NCBI GenBank assembly: GCA_023139715.1
Contig: JAGLNB010000002.1
Location: 1-59,785 of the forward strand
Reading direction: 5' to 3'
Source of the DNA: Planctomycetota bacterium
GTDB lineage: Bacteria; Planctomycetota; Phycisphaerae; Sedimentisphaerales; Anaerobacaceae
DNA: 59,785 nucleotides
Under the pieces are notes generated by a model. The model was not told the DNA's origin. It did not search any database and was given only the letters and a program-made list of their open reading frames with translations. Made by a program: the position numbers and the translations under genes. Below, in pieces: positions 9,670-18,660 of the stretch. The first letter of the stretch is position 1. Every line of letters begins with the position of its first letter.

Positions 9670-10437
9670 TTACTTCTCCAGTCTAAGCAAGATAGTATTG
9701 ACCATTGTTCCAGACTCCTTGAATGCACCGGCAGGAAGTCTATCCAAGTATGTACCATGTGGCTCCATGATCTTATCCCTGAACTCCTGGGTCTTCTTAT
9801 TCTCCCGGAATAGTACGCCTGCGCTCATGATTGTGACAAGGATACCATCAGGTGCCAAGAGGTTGTATGCGGCTGTTACGTGGTCTATGTCTGCCTGTCG
9901 CTCAAATGGTGGATTCATGACGATGCGATCAAATGCCCACCCACTAATATCTCCATGTTGATGTGCAAATTCAATAAAATCACCACGCACACAATATCCT
10001 TTTTCTTCAAGAATTCTAATGTTTTCTGGCAAAACTTCACAAACAAACATTGTGTTTTTAGCCGCTCCAGTGAATTCACAAATCTTATCCACTATATGCC
10101 CCTGCCCCGCCGACGGTTCTAACATCCAATCTTGTATAGATATGTCTGCCAGCTCTATCATCCTATCAACAATCACCGCAGGAGTAGGGAAATACCCAGT
10201 CTTAATCTTAGGATCAAGCACACCTGAGTTTATGACTACCTCCAGGCGGTCGGTAGGATCTACATCGAATACATGCGCTTTGGTCCGTCGATCCCACTTG
10301 CCGCCGATTCGGTCCAGGACCTTGTTCACGGCGAGGTATAGTTTACGGTCAAGCTGTGCTGTGATTCGGACGTTATGGTTGTCGATCTCTGCTGTGCTTA
10401 GGACTGTTAGTACTTGTTCTGGTATTGTGTCAGTCAT
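9670..10437 (-). CDS. N6-adenine DNA methyltransferase
   Basis: SAM motif LEPSAGQGHIV and catalytic NPPF (IVMNPPFERQ). Confidence 0.85.
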   Translation of the reverse strand: MTDTIPEQVLTVLSTAEIDNHNVRITAQLDRKLYLAVNKVLDRIGGKWDRRTKAHVFDVDPTDRLEVVINSGVLDPKIKTGYFPTPAVIVDRMIELADISIQDWMLEPSAGQGHIVDKICEFTGAAKNTMFVCEVLPENIRILEEKGYCVRGDFIEFAHQHGDISGWAFDRIVMNPPFERQADIDHVTAAYNLLAPDGILVTIMSAGVLFRENKKTQEFRDKIMEPHGTYLDRLPAGAFKESGTMVNTILLRLEK

Positions 10438-10440
10438 AGT

Positions 10441-10575
10441 TTACACCTCCAGCAACACAACAGCAACTTCTTTACCTTCCCATGATTTTGGGAGGTTTAT
10501 ACGACTGGACGAATCATTACCAGACCCTACAGTCTTATATAAAATATTTGTGCCTTTCAGATTGAATGTGTGCAT
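10441..10575 (-). CDS. AbrB/SpoVT-like micro-protein (44 aa)
   Basis: MHTFNLKGTNILYKTVGSGNDSSSRINLPKSWEGKEVAVVLLEV; SD GGAG; below the track cutoff. Confidence 0.55.
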   Translation of the reverse strand: MHTFNLKGTNILYKTVGSGNDSSSRINLPKSWEGKEVAVVLLEV

Positions 10576-10587
10576 ATTTACTCCTTA

Positions 10588-10782
10588 TTACAATCTTATA
10601 TCTTCTATCTTTTGTTTGATACCAACAACGGTATCACCACTGAATTGTCCGATATACTTACTATCCATTTTCAACGGATACAATGGTTCCTGGTTAGATG
10701 GACAAACAGGATACCCATACCCCCGATCAACAAACTGCTTTTTATATCCTTTACATTTAGGATCATCACATCTTTCTATCAT
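10588..10782 (-). CDS. hypothetical protein
   Basis: SD GGGAGAT 8 nt upstream of the ATG. Confidence 0.65.
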   Translation of the reverse strand: MIERCDDPKCKGYKKQFVDRGYGYPVCPSNQEPLYPLKMDSKYIGQFSGDTVVGIKQKIEDIRL

Positions 10783-11056
10783 CTTATTTTATCTCCCATA
10801 ATCTATTACTATAATATATCTATATTATATCAGTATTATATATACTTTACGTATTATTATTACTAATATTTTCCACTGCCAAAATGTATTGTGATAGTAG
10901 TAACGGTTTAGTGAAAATGTACATCGCTGTACAGTAATGTATATTTCAAGTCATGGTTCTAGCAGGATAGCCTATACTGTGAATTATAGCTCATGTGTAT
11001 TGTATCAGTCTATAACCATATTATCGCCGTGGTGGCTCAGTGTGGGATACCTGGCA

Positions 11057-11305
11057 CTATTCCAGCAGGAAGTCATACCTACCTCTGCGCACACCACGAA
11101 CATGATACTCTGATAGTCCAGTGGCATTCTGTATGGCTACTATAGACACACCAGCACCAAGAAGCCGTTTAACTTTTTGTACTTGGTCTGGTGTGATTGT
11201 TACTTTATCCGGTCGTGCTAGATATGGCATTTTACCCCGCCATTCACTTGATAACAGATCATCAAGTCGATTAAGTTGATCTAGTTTTAATTCTAATGCC
11301 ATTTG
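11057..11305 (-). CDS. HTH DNA-binding protein
   Basis: Start at MALELK (SD GGAGGGGTG); HTH-like VSIVAIQNATGLSEYHVRGV. Confidence 0.6.
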   Translation of the reverse strand, partial: QMALELKLDQLNRLDDLLSSEWRGKMPYLARPDKVTITPDQVQKVKRLLGAGVSIVAIQNATGLSEYHVRGVRRGRYDFLLE

Positions 11306-11576
11306 CACCCCTCCTCTGCCTGTGCCTGAGTGGATATGGTCCATATACATATTCTTCTATGTCTGCGGCTGTGACCACACCTAACTCGGTCTTGAGCTTG
11401 GAATACTGCTGAACCAATGATGCGGATTCACCGTTTGGTGGAGTATACTTCACCGCTTGGTTTATGCTGCAGCCTGGGTTAGCTTGATAGTATTCGTTGA
11501 TTCTGTTAAGTCTAGCCGCTTTCTGCTTGGCTGTGATTCGTTGGAGTGGTGTCATGCAGCTCATTGGTTTACACAT
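11271..11576 (-). CDS. hypothetical protein
   Basis: First ATG (11576) after the upstream stop; the track start at 11600 is a GTG inside the upstream gene. Confidence 0.55.
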   Translation of the reverse strand: MCKPMSCMTPLQRITAKQKAARLNRINEYYQANPGCSINQAVKYTPPNGESASLVQQYSKLKTELGVVTAADIEEYVYGPYPLRHRQRRGANGIRIKTRST

Positions 11577-11581
11577 ATACT

Positions 11582-11926
11582 TCACATCCAATAATCCCAC
11601 ATCAGATATTTATTATCAGATATTTTTATACACACCGTTCCTGAATAATTATCCTCCGTTTCACCACAACTTTGATTTATCCAAATTGTATAATCTCCTT
11701 CACTTTCGTGTTGTGGTGTGCCGACTGGCTCATACACAATTCTAAGGTTGGTAGTGTGCTCTGAGTCCTCCAATTCAATTTTTATATTTTCAAACTGTTC
11801 AGCACTTACTTGTTGTTTTATCGTTTCAAGTACTGCAACATCTTTCTTTTCTTGTTCAAGTTGCTCTATCATCCAATCATCCATCACACTGGCATATGTT
11901 GGAATTGTTTTTGATATTTTATTCAT
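11582..11926 (-). CDS. hypothetical acidic protein
   Basis: ATG 11926 preceded by GTGAGGTGGA; the track start at 11941 is GTG. Confidence 0.65.
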   Translation of the reverse strand: MNKISKTIPTYASVMDDWMIEQLEQEKKDVAVLETIKQQVSAEQFENIKIELEDSEHTTNLRIVYEPVGTPQHESEGDYTIWINQSCGETEDNYSGTVCIKISDNKYLMWDYWM

Positions 11927-12047
11927 GTTTATCCACCTCACCTAAATGTGACCACCAAGGCTGTAATCCATTCGCGATTCGTTTCTGATCAATCTCTTTC
12001 TTGCGTTTATCTGAGATTTTGTGTAGTCCGCTGTTTCCTTGCCACAT
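11919..12047 (-). CDS. small basic protein (42 aa)
   Basis: ATG 12047 preceded by AGGTGAATCAAAT (recurrent initiation cassette); the track ORF extends to 12107. Confidence 0.55.
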   Translation of the reverse strand: MWQGNSGLHKISDKRKKEIDQKRIANGLQPWWSHLGEVDKHE

Positions 12048-12054
12048 ATTTGAT

Positions 12055-12270
12055 TCACCTACGTTTATCCGCTCGTACTCCTGCTTGTATTGAGAAGAAC
12101 CTTTCATCTGCTGTGACTAAGTGTTGCATATGTTGAAATAGTGCATACGTTTCTGTATAGAAAGGACATTTTCCCCTTCCTTTTACAACTACATAGCCTT
12201 TACAGATATTACACGGTTCATCTTTGTATTTGTTGTTCTTCATCCACTGACAATGTCTACGTTCTGCCAT
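12055..12270 (-). CDS. Cys-rich protein
   Basis: CNIC..x10..C cluster. Confidence 0.65.
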   Translation of the reverse strand: MAERRHCQWMKNNKYKDEPCNICKGYVVVKGRGKCPFYTETYALFQHMQHLVTADERFFSIQAGVRADKRR

Positions 12271-12271
12271 G

Positions 12272-12391
12272 TTATTTCCTCCGGGTTAATTTATCCAAGA
12301 ACCAAAATATTTTAAATTCGGTTGCGATAACTATTATCAGTTCGTTGATAGCTTCGTTTAACTTTTCAAATTGTTCTATTGTTGTTGCCAT
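12272..12391 (-). CDS. small protein (39 aa)
   Basis: MATTIEQFEKLNEAINELIIVIATEFKIFWFLDKLTRRK; TAGGTGAATCAAATG initiation cassette overlaps the primase stop. Confidence 0.5.
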   Translation of the reverse strand: MATTIEQFEKLNEAINELIIVIATEFKIFWFLDKLTRRK

Positions 12392-12400
12392 TTGATTCAC

Positions 12401-15370
12401 CTATATACACTTATAAAATCCATCTTCAGGTTCGAAGATACTTCCGTCTGCTTTCATGTGATTGATTGCAGTTTTACACTTATCAAAAGGAATTCCGTTT
12501 TCAATTGCATGATCTAAAACCGTCGTGATTGGGGTTTTTTCGTCTACTTGTAGGTCTTGAATTAAATCTCTTATAAAATTTATTGTGTCTCTTTGAGATC
12601 GGCTACCTGAAAAAAAAGTGTGTTTTTCGGGTTTTGCCTGGTCGTCGAACGCATATAAATTTTCATACTGATTCTCTTGTTCTTGTTTTTCTATGGCGTC
12701 CGTCCGTCCAGGCTTTTTTAACTCTGTGTTCTTATGCGCGTATATGCGCGTATAGATATCGTGCGTATGTGCGTATAGGTTATATTCTCTATATGCTTGG
12801 ACGTCTGGACGTATGTTATATATTAATGCCTCTATCTCTTGTTTTTTACTGCGTCCATGTAAAATATCTGGAGTGGACGTCTGGACGGCACCGAGAACAG
12901 AAACACATAATCCTTTACATGTGTGTAATCTGTCTCCACTTCCTTCCCGTCCAGATACGATTAATCCCTGTTTATTCACTTCTTTCCAAAAAACATTATC
13001 GTGTTTTGGTTTTATATCTATCTCGTTGCACCACCCAACATAGGCATAATAAACAGTTGTTTTTGGTGTGTCTTTCACGCTTGGTGCAGTGCGTTCATCG
13101 AAAAACCGCCCAATAGGATTGCTTTTATCAAGATATCTCTTTTGATTTGATTCGGTTGTTTCAAGGTCACAATACTCCCCGTATTCTAATAATGCCCTTA
13201 ATCCAACCATACAACAATTAAAAAAGCCTGATTTTTCATCTTCTGTTGTTATTTTATTTAATATGTCTTTATCGTCTTCATCACCTTCAAATGTGTTCGG
13301 GAACGTAACTTGAACAAACCGCCTAAAATATGCTGTTTCTGATTCGTCTACATCAGGCAAAATGTTACATGCAAAAATATGAGTGCAAATGTTATCAAAC
13401 ATAATTTTGTCTTTGCCTTTACCTTGTCCAGTCAACCTAGTTTCAGTTACAACGGTTTTAAATATTGACGTGTCCACAATAGCATTTGCAGAAAGGTCAG
13501 GATGTGCATTTACAAGTTTTCCAGACAGTTGCATAGTCGAAAAACGATCTTTTGAAATCTCCTCAAGTGATTCTCCGCTTATATGAGCATTCCCAACCAT
13601 CGACGTAATTAATTTAATAAGTGTAGATTTTCCGTTTCTTGCTGATCCGTCGATTAACAAGGCTTTTTGTTGTGCCACGTCTTGGACCATACAATACCCA
13701 ATAAACTGAATTATGAGTGGTACGTCTATAGGGTCCATTAATTCGAATAAAAACTTAGTTATTGCTGGGCATTTGGCATCAGGATTATATTCAGTGTCTA
13801 TTTGGATTGTTGATTTATAGTCCTGGCTGTGTGGTAACAATTCATCTTTTAGAACATCATACATCCCATTTCTCATGTTTATTTTGAATGGGACACAGTT
13901 GATATTGTCTCGGTCAATTCTTGTTTTGTGCATTACATAACTTACTCCTTCATTTACATTTTTTACGCTTGCTTTCATCTCTAATATGTCGTTTGCAATT
14001 GCCTTTGCGTCCCCTGCTTTTATGTCGATATGAAATACTCCATCTCTGTAGATGTACAACTCGCCGTTGTCTCTCAATGTCATATATTCATCCTTAGACA
14101 ACATATCATCACCAAGCAGTTTAGGTATGATGTCCCCCTTTGAATTACACAGCACACTTTCTATGTTTGAACAGTTTGTTTTATGATTATTTGACTCGAC
14201 AGGGGCAACATATTTATTTTGTTTTTCAACATACAATCCTATCACCTTCAACACTTTGAGATATACATCCATTGGAATTTTCTGGCCGTCTATTAAATCC
14301 AATTCAGTGCAAAAGTTATTCTTCAATGCGAACCATGTTATGACCTTAGAAGGCATAGGGTCATTTTTTTGAATATATCCGTTCTCTTTAGCATAGGTCC
14401 AGATTTTATAAATTGTTTCGCTATCATCATAATCAATACAAGAACTACCACTTCCACTGTGTTTATGTCCTGTTCCAGCATCCACACAATCATATAATCC
14501 TGCCATAACAGCAAGAGCCGATATAGCATTATGAGATACATTGTGCCTCCAACAATGTAATAAATCGTCTGATATTGATGTGTTCTTTCCGGTGTGTGAA
14601 TCATGGAATAATGACGGATGTCGTCCACGGTCTGGAATAGACGAGATTACATCATCGATTTCAAGTTCAAATAATGCCGATTTATTTGAGTCGACACTCG
14701 ATACAAAATCTTTTGGTGGTTTATTTTTCTTTATATTTTCAGTTTCGTTTCTTTTAGTAAGTTCATCTTTGAATTTTGAAGGAAATTCATTATATGTAAT
14801 CAATGCAGGTGCCATGATATTTTTCAAAGTGTACTTACCAACATTTGTTTTATCATCATCTGGCAATGCATTATATTTATCATCCGCCGTTTTTGTAATA
14901 TTTCCTTTGTCGTCTTTTGAATCTGTTAATTTTGCATAAGACCCAGGCGCTACAACATACTGCCAATTTGACCTAACTTCACCAGCATGTTCCAAAGCAA
15001 TGTTTATTTTTGCATTTTTATCATTAGTGAAATAAAAGTGGTGCATTCCAATCCTTGAACTAGATATAGCTGTTAGTGTTGGAATAAATGTGTGGTCTAT
15101 AAATGCCCTTTTGTCATCCACATCTATGATAACTAGTCCATCTTCATCTGTGCCAGCAATGCCGATATTATGACCCATCTCAAGGGCACGCACGGCACTT
15201 TCATAGTTTAGTTGATGCTTTGATGCCTTCCATCCTTGGCCATCCAAAGGGTCTTTTTCAGATTTGTTAAGTAAAAAATACCACGGGTCATAGTGTGGCC
15301 TTCCGTCTGTCAATGCTTCGTGGAATCTTTTGAATTCTTTAGGATTAGTAGAAGTCATTCTGGATAACAC
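12401..15370 (-). CDS. bifunctional primase-polymerase / SF3 (D5-like) helicase
   Basis: AEP prim-pol motifs GIAGTDEDGLVIIDVDD and HHFYF; helicase Walker A DGSARNGKST; C-terminal winged-helix-like tail. Confidence 0.85.
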   Translation of the reverse strand: MLSRMTSTNPKEFKRFHEALTDGRPHYDPWYFLLNKSEKDPLDGQGWKASKHQLNYESAVRALEMGHNIGIAGTDEDGLVIIDVDDKRAFIDHTFIPTLTAISSSRIGMHHFYFTNDKNAKINIALEHAGEVRSNWQYVVAPGSYAKLTDSKDDKGNITKTADDKYNALPDDDKTNVGKYTLKNIMAPALITYNEFPSKFKDELTKRNETENIKKNKPPKDFVSSVDSNKSALFELEIDDVISSIPDRGRHPSLFHDSHTGKNTSISDDLLHCWRHNVSHNAISALAVMAGLYDCVDAGTGHKHSGSGSSCIDYDDSETIYKIWTYAKENGYIQKNDPMPSKVITWFALKNNFCTELDLIDGQKIPMDVYLKVLKVIGLYVEKQNKYVAPVESNNHKTNCSNIESVLCNSKGDIIPKLLGDDMLSKDEYMTLRDNGELYIYRDGVFHIDIKAGDAKAIANDILEMKASVKNVNEGVSYVMHKTRIDRDNINCVPFKINMRNGMYDVLKDELLPHSQDYKSTIQIDTEYNPDAKCPAITKFLFELMDPIDVPLIIQFIGYCMVQDVAQQKALLIDGSARNGKSTLIKLITSMVGNAHISGESLEEISKDRFSTMQLSGKLVNAHPDLSANAIVDTSIFKTVVTETRLTGQGKGKDKIMFDNICTHIFACNILPDVDESETAYFRRFVQVTFPNTFEGDEDDKDILNKITTEDEKSGFFNCCMVGLRALLEYGEYCDLETTESNQKRYLDKSNPIGRFFDERTAPSVKDTPKTTVYYAYVGWCNEIDIKPKHDNVFWKEVNKQGLIVSGREGSGDRLHTCKGLCVSVLGAVQTSTPDILHGRSKKQEIEALIYNIRPDVQAYREYNLYAHTHDIYTRIYAHKNTELKKPGRTDAIEKQEQENQYENLYAFDDQAKPEKHTFFSGSRSQRDTINFIRDLIQDLQVDEKTPITTVLDHAIENGIPFDKCKTAINHMKADGSIFEPEDGFYKCI
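12695..12960. repeat. iteron-like repeat cluster inside the primase-helicase gene (candidate origin)
   Basis: TATGCGCGTA x2 (12733-12752), GTGCGTAT x2 (12761-12776), GGACGTCTGGACG x2 (12799-12811, 12875-12887), inverted CGTCC runs at 12697-12710, 12852 and 12947. Confidence 0.5.
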
Positions 15371-15888
15371 GTCCGTATGATTTTATATACAAATACTGGT
15401 GTTGAATCAATTCTTTTTAATACGTCTTCTGCTCTTACAAAATAAATATCATAAGGCAATGATGCATTAACTTTGCCCCATGACGGTTCATGTTTATTTA
15501 CAATTTCAACTGCAAATCCAACATTGCCTTTATAAAAGAACGCAATATCATGAACCACAGTGTCATTAAAATTAAAATGTTCACACGAAGAACATTTACA
15601 ATATCCTTGTCCGGTATTAAACCTATATCCTTTTGCGGATCTTGTACAATTAAATTCATTTTGAAAAAAATATTCAAAGTTTTCGATGCCACATCCAAAC
15701 TCATCAGGATAATATCCTTCTTGTGTTGGGAATTCCATTAATACACATTCTTTTCGATAATCTTTATGACCTAGTACCGATTTAAAAAATACTTCTCCAT
15801 TCGATATTTTATATTCAAAACCAGACTTTTCTTCAATTTCTTTATAGAGAAGTTCCTTTGCCATTTTGTGCAAGTAAGATTCTACCAT
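15355..15888 (-). CDS. putative PD-(D/E)XK / CoiA-like nuclease
   Basis: HDIAFFYKGNVGFAVEIVNKH resembles a D..ExK core; ATG 15888 preceded by GGTGTGA; the function call is weak. Confidence 0.55.
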   Translation of the reverse strand: MVESYLHKMAKELLYKEIEEKSGFEYKISNGEVFFKSVLGHKDYRKECVLMEFPTQEGYYPDEFGCGIENFEYFFQNEFNCTRSAKGYRFNTGQGYCKCSSCEHFNFNDTVVHDIAFFYKGNVGFAVEIVNKHEPSWGKVNASLPYDIYFVRAEDVLKRIDSTPVFVYKIIRTCYPE

Positions 15889-15987
15889 ATTACTCACACC
15901 AATAATTTTAAGTAATAATAAAACAATCTATATACTGGTTCCTCAGAATCTCTTTTATACCCTGCCTGCCAGCGGGGTGCATCTAAC

Positions 15988-16128
15988 TTATCCAAGTATT
16001 CCACACCCGGCTTTCATCTCGTTTTTCATCAGTTCACTTATTGCGGTGGACCGCTTTACGATACCAATATGTCTATCAAACTTATTTAAAACATCTTGAT
16101 CAACTGAGATCATAACTTTCTTATTCAT
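15988..16128 (-). CDS. ribbon-helix-helix protein (46 aa)
   Basis: MNKKVMISVDQDVLNKFDRHIGIVKRSTAISELMKNEMKAGCGILG; typical CopG/Arc layout; below the track cutoff. Confidence 0.55.
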   Translation of the reverse strand: MNKKVMISVDQDVLNKFDRHIGIVKRSTAISELMKNEMKAGCGILG

Positions 16129-16205
16129 AATAAGCTATAATTGTATTTAAAAGTATATAATACTTCCCACTTGAAAACCACCCACCACGCCACAACCGAA
16201 AACCA

Positions 16206-16250
16206 CAAAAAAAAAGAATATTAGATGATGCCCTGCCTTTTAAGGCAGGG
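16206..16250 (-). terminator. hairpin plus oligo-T terminator
   Basis: CCCTGCC/GGCAGGG stem (16231-16250), then a T9 run on the minus strand downstream of gene 16279..16599. Confidence 0.5.
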
Positions 16251-16278
16251 TGGTTGACTTTCTACGCTGAACAACCCC

Positions 16279-16599
16279 TCATTTTATGGGCTGTAACCAT
16301 TGTGCTTGTCTCATTCCAGCGATTGTAACAATTTTATACCCAATAGCATCTTCAGGCACATCTACTTTTTCAAATCTATCGTTAGTTTTAAACACATGGA
16401 TCATTGGTTCATATTTTAAGAACGTATCTGCTAATTTTTCAGCAACTACTTTATCATCCATCTCTAATGCCAATGAAATAAGTTGCCTTATTTGACTTGC
16501 GTCAGATCGACTTAAAATACATCCTGTGTCTCCATATGGTGATGATGTGCGAATATAATCACATGCATATGTATAGGGGTATCTTCCATATTTTTCCAT
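16279..16599 (-). CDS. hypothetical protein
   Basis: SD GAGGAGAT. Confidence 0.7.
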   Translation of the reverse strand: MEKYGRYPYTYACDYIRTSSPYGDTGCILSRSDASQIRQLISLALEMDDKVVAEKLADTFLKYEPMIHVFKTNDRFEKVDVPEDAIGYKIVTIAGMRQAQWLQPIK

Positions 16600-16735
16600 A
16601 ATTTATCTATCTCCTCATTTCTTATATTAAGGGGTTCCTTTCGTTTCGTTCATGCTCCCGGATTCATCCGGGTGTTTTTGTAGCACATGGACAATCTTTG
16701 ATTGGTCATGTTGCCACAAGTGACTCTGCATTGAT

Positions 16736-16966
16736 TCACCAGCCATTAGGTTTATACCACAATCCACCTGATGAATTGCCTATCCCCTCATAACCACAAC
16801 TATTACAGTGAGGAGCCGTCCAACACGTGACACCATTACCTTCATAAGTTCTATGACAAAGACAGTTTTGATATTCAAAACTTATATCTTTACCACCACA
16901 TTCTGGACAAGTAGTTATATCTTTATTTGCTAATTCCCTTTCTTTAAGTCCTTCTACGCTTTCCAT
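16736..16966 (-). CDS. zinc-ribbon protein
   Basis: Start at ATG 16966 (SD AAGGAGGT); CPEC..x..C and CNSC pairs. Confidence 0.7.
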   Translation of the reverse strand: MESVEGLKERELANKDITTCPECGGKDISFEYQNCLCHRTYEGNGVTCWTAPHCNSCGYEGIGNSSGGLWYKPNGW

Positions 16967-17008
16967 ATATTTAACCTCCTTTTCATGCATCGTCTATATT
17001 CAATATTG

Positions 17009-17608
17009 TTATATAGTTGACCCGACCTTCAGAACATCACAGCATTTTATAGTATCATCAATATTCAATTCAAAATTAGCCCATTTGTCAAGTGTTTTTT
17101 CGGTGATCGTTGCAGTCTTTAAATTATTGATTAAATTAGCAGGTATAAACCACATATACATGGGTTTTAATTCTTGTCTATTAGAAAATGCAAGTATCAA
17201 AAAATAATCTGCAATTTTATTTCGTCTTATATCAAAACTCCACGCCAAACTTCTTGATGTGTTTATAGATCTTTTCATTATACATCCAGACTTAACATCT
17301 ATTTTTTTATTTTTATTACAAATAAAATCATATCCTGGATTGATACATGGCATTCGTTCCACGTTGTTAAAAACACGACTTAGTACTTTCTCGGCCACAT
17401 GGACCCCAAGATATAATCCACATGACTTATTTTTATTAAATGGAACAACACCGTTTTTTATATTATTTTTAATTTTGGTCTTATTAACCGAATCTTTGTT
17501 GTTTCTTTTCCAAATCTTACTATATTCATTTGAACATTTTTTACACCACGTGTTGGTTGTAAAAAATTCATCGGTATTAGTAATACCACATTCTCGACAA
17601 GTAAACAT
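17009..17608 (-). CDS. zinc-finger protein with PD-(D/E)XK-like C-terminal domain (homing-endonuclease-like)
   Basis: CRECG..x..CKKC N-terminus; YDFICNKNKKIDVKSG resembles D..DxK; very AT-rich gene. Confidence 0.5.
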   Translation of the reverse strand: MFTCRECGITNTDEFFTTNTWCKKCSNEYSKIWKRNNKDSVNKTKIKNNIKNGVVPFNKNKSCGLYLGVHVAEKVLSRVFNNVERMPCINPGYDFICNKNKKIDVKSGCIMKRSINTSRSLAWSFDIRRNKIADYFLILAFSNRQELKPMYMWFIPANLINNLKTATITEKTLDKWANFELNIDDTIKCCDVLKVGSTI

Positions 17609-17740
17609 TTAATCACCACTCTTTCTAATGGTTATAATAACGGTGTCGCCAACATCTATTTTTAATATGTTCCTTGTTGCCTCTGGAATTGTAATTCTAT
17701 GTTGTCCAATAACATTTGCTTGAAAAGTAAGTTCTATCAT
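17609..17740 (-). CDS. AbrB/SpoVT-like micro-protein (43 aa)
   Basis: MIELTFQANVIGQHRITIPEATRNILKIDVGDTVIITIRKSGD; stop abuts the next start. Confidence 0.65.
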   Translation of the reverse strand: MIELTFQANVIGQHRITIPEATRNILKIDVGDTVIITIRKSGD

Positions 17741-17775
17741 AGTACACAATAGTACTTAATAGTATAAATAGATGT

Positions 17776-18660
17776 TTATATATTTAATATTTGTTTGTAG
17801 TGAGTACGACACCACTGTCTCACGAGCCCACCATACTTCTCTACAGCCCTTGCCCTACTACCAACAAACGATACCTGTATGCGGTTCTCCAATGAGTTTA
17901 TTGTCTCGATCTTGGATGCCTCGGATGCGCCTCTTCGTACAAAGTACTGGACTTTACCATACTTGTTTATCCTTTTTACCAGTGTTTCACGCAATACCCC
18001 ATCGATAATCACAGCAGCACCACCAGGATTAAAATTAATATGGACCTGAACATCATCAGTATTTACATATATTATTTCTCCTTCAAATGTTACTTGATGC
18101 TGTGCGGCTTTTATTTTATAGAATCGTTTCAGATATTGCAATATGTTTTTTATAATGGTATACTGTGCAGAACCGTGTGTGAATACAAAGATCTCCGGGA
18201 CATATTCCAAGAACTCCTCGTATGTACATTCTGCGATTAGATGGAACCGGTTGAACCTGGGATCGGCTTCATATCGGACAATCTCACGATATAGCCTGCT
18301 ACGTTGTTCCCTGTTCATCAAAGTTCCATATATGTCTTCCAGGGTCTTACGCTCTACACACAACCCACAGAACATATCATAGTCGTCAAGATACGCCACA
18401 TAGTCGCCAGTTTGACGCACCATACAGTCTTTTTTGAGAGACATTGGTATGATGTTATACCCCAATTCACTGGCAAGCCAGGGGGTTTTTTCGTTTTTGG
18501 CAACTTGAATAGTGATGTTAAGTTTCTTACTCCAAGCCGTAAGCTGCCTGGATAACTTATCCTCAATCTTCTCATAGTCTGGATGCTGTGGTGGAAGTCG
18601 CTGGAGTTCTACATGTAGCTGCAGGATTGAAGCTTCATAATCTGATAGCGTCTTTGTCAA
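17776..18660 (-). CDS. ERCC4-type (XPF/Mus81/Hef-like) nuclease
   Basis: Signature TGDYVAYLDD..x..VERKTLEDIYGTL (GDxn-ERKx3D); TTG start overlaps the upstream TGA (TTGA). Confidence 0.7.
   Translation of the reverse strand: MTKTLSDYEASILQLHVELQRLPPQHPDYEKIEDKLSRQLTAWSKKLNITIQVAKNEKTPWLASELGYNIIPMSLKKDCMVRQTGDYVAYLDDYDMFCGLCVERKTLEDIYGTLMNREQRSRLYREIVRYEADPRFNRFHLIAECTYEEFLEYVPEIFVFTHGSAQYTIIKNILQYLKRFYKIKAAQHQVTFEGEIIYVNTDDVQVHINFNPGGAAVIIDGVLRETLVKRINKYGKVQYFVRRGASEASKIETINSLENRIQVSFVGSRARAVEKYGGLVRQWCRTHYKQILNI

Noticed and set aside
16657-16680. CCCGGA/TCCGGG hairpin followed by a T-run on the plus strand in an all-minus-strand region
   Set aside because: It is oriented against local transcription and I could not assign a function. 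It may stop antisense transcripts.
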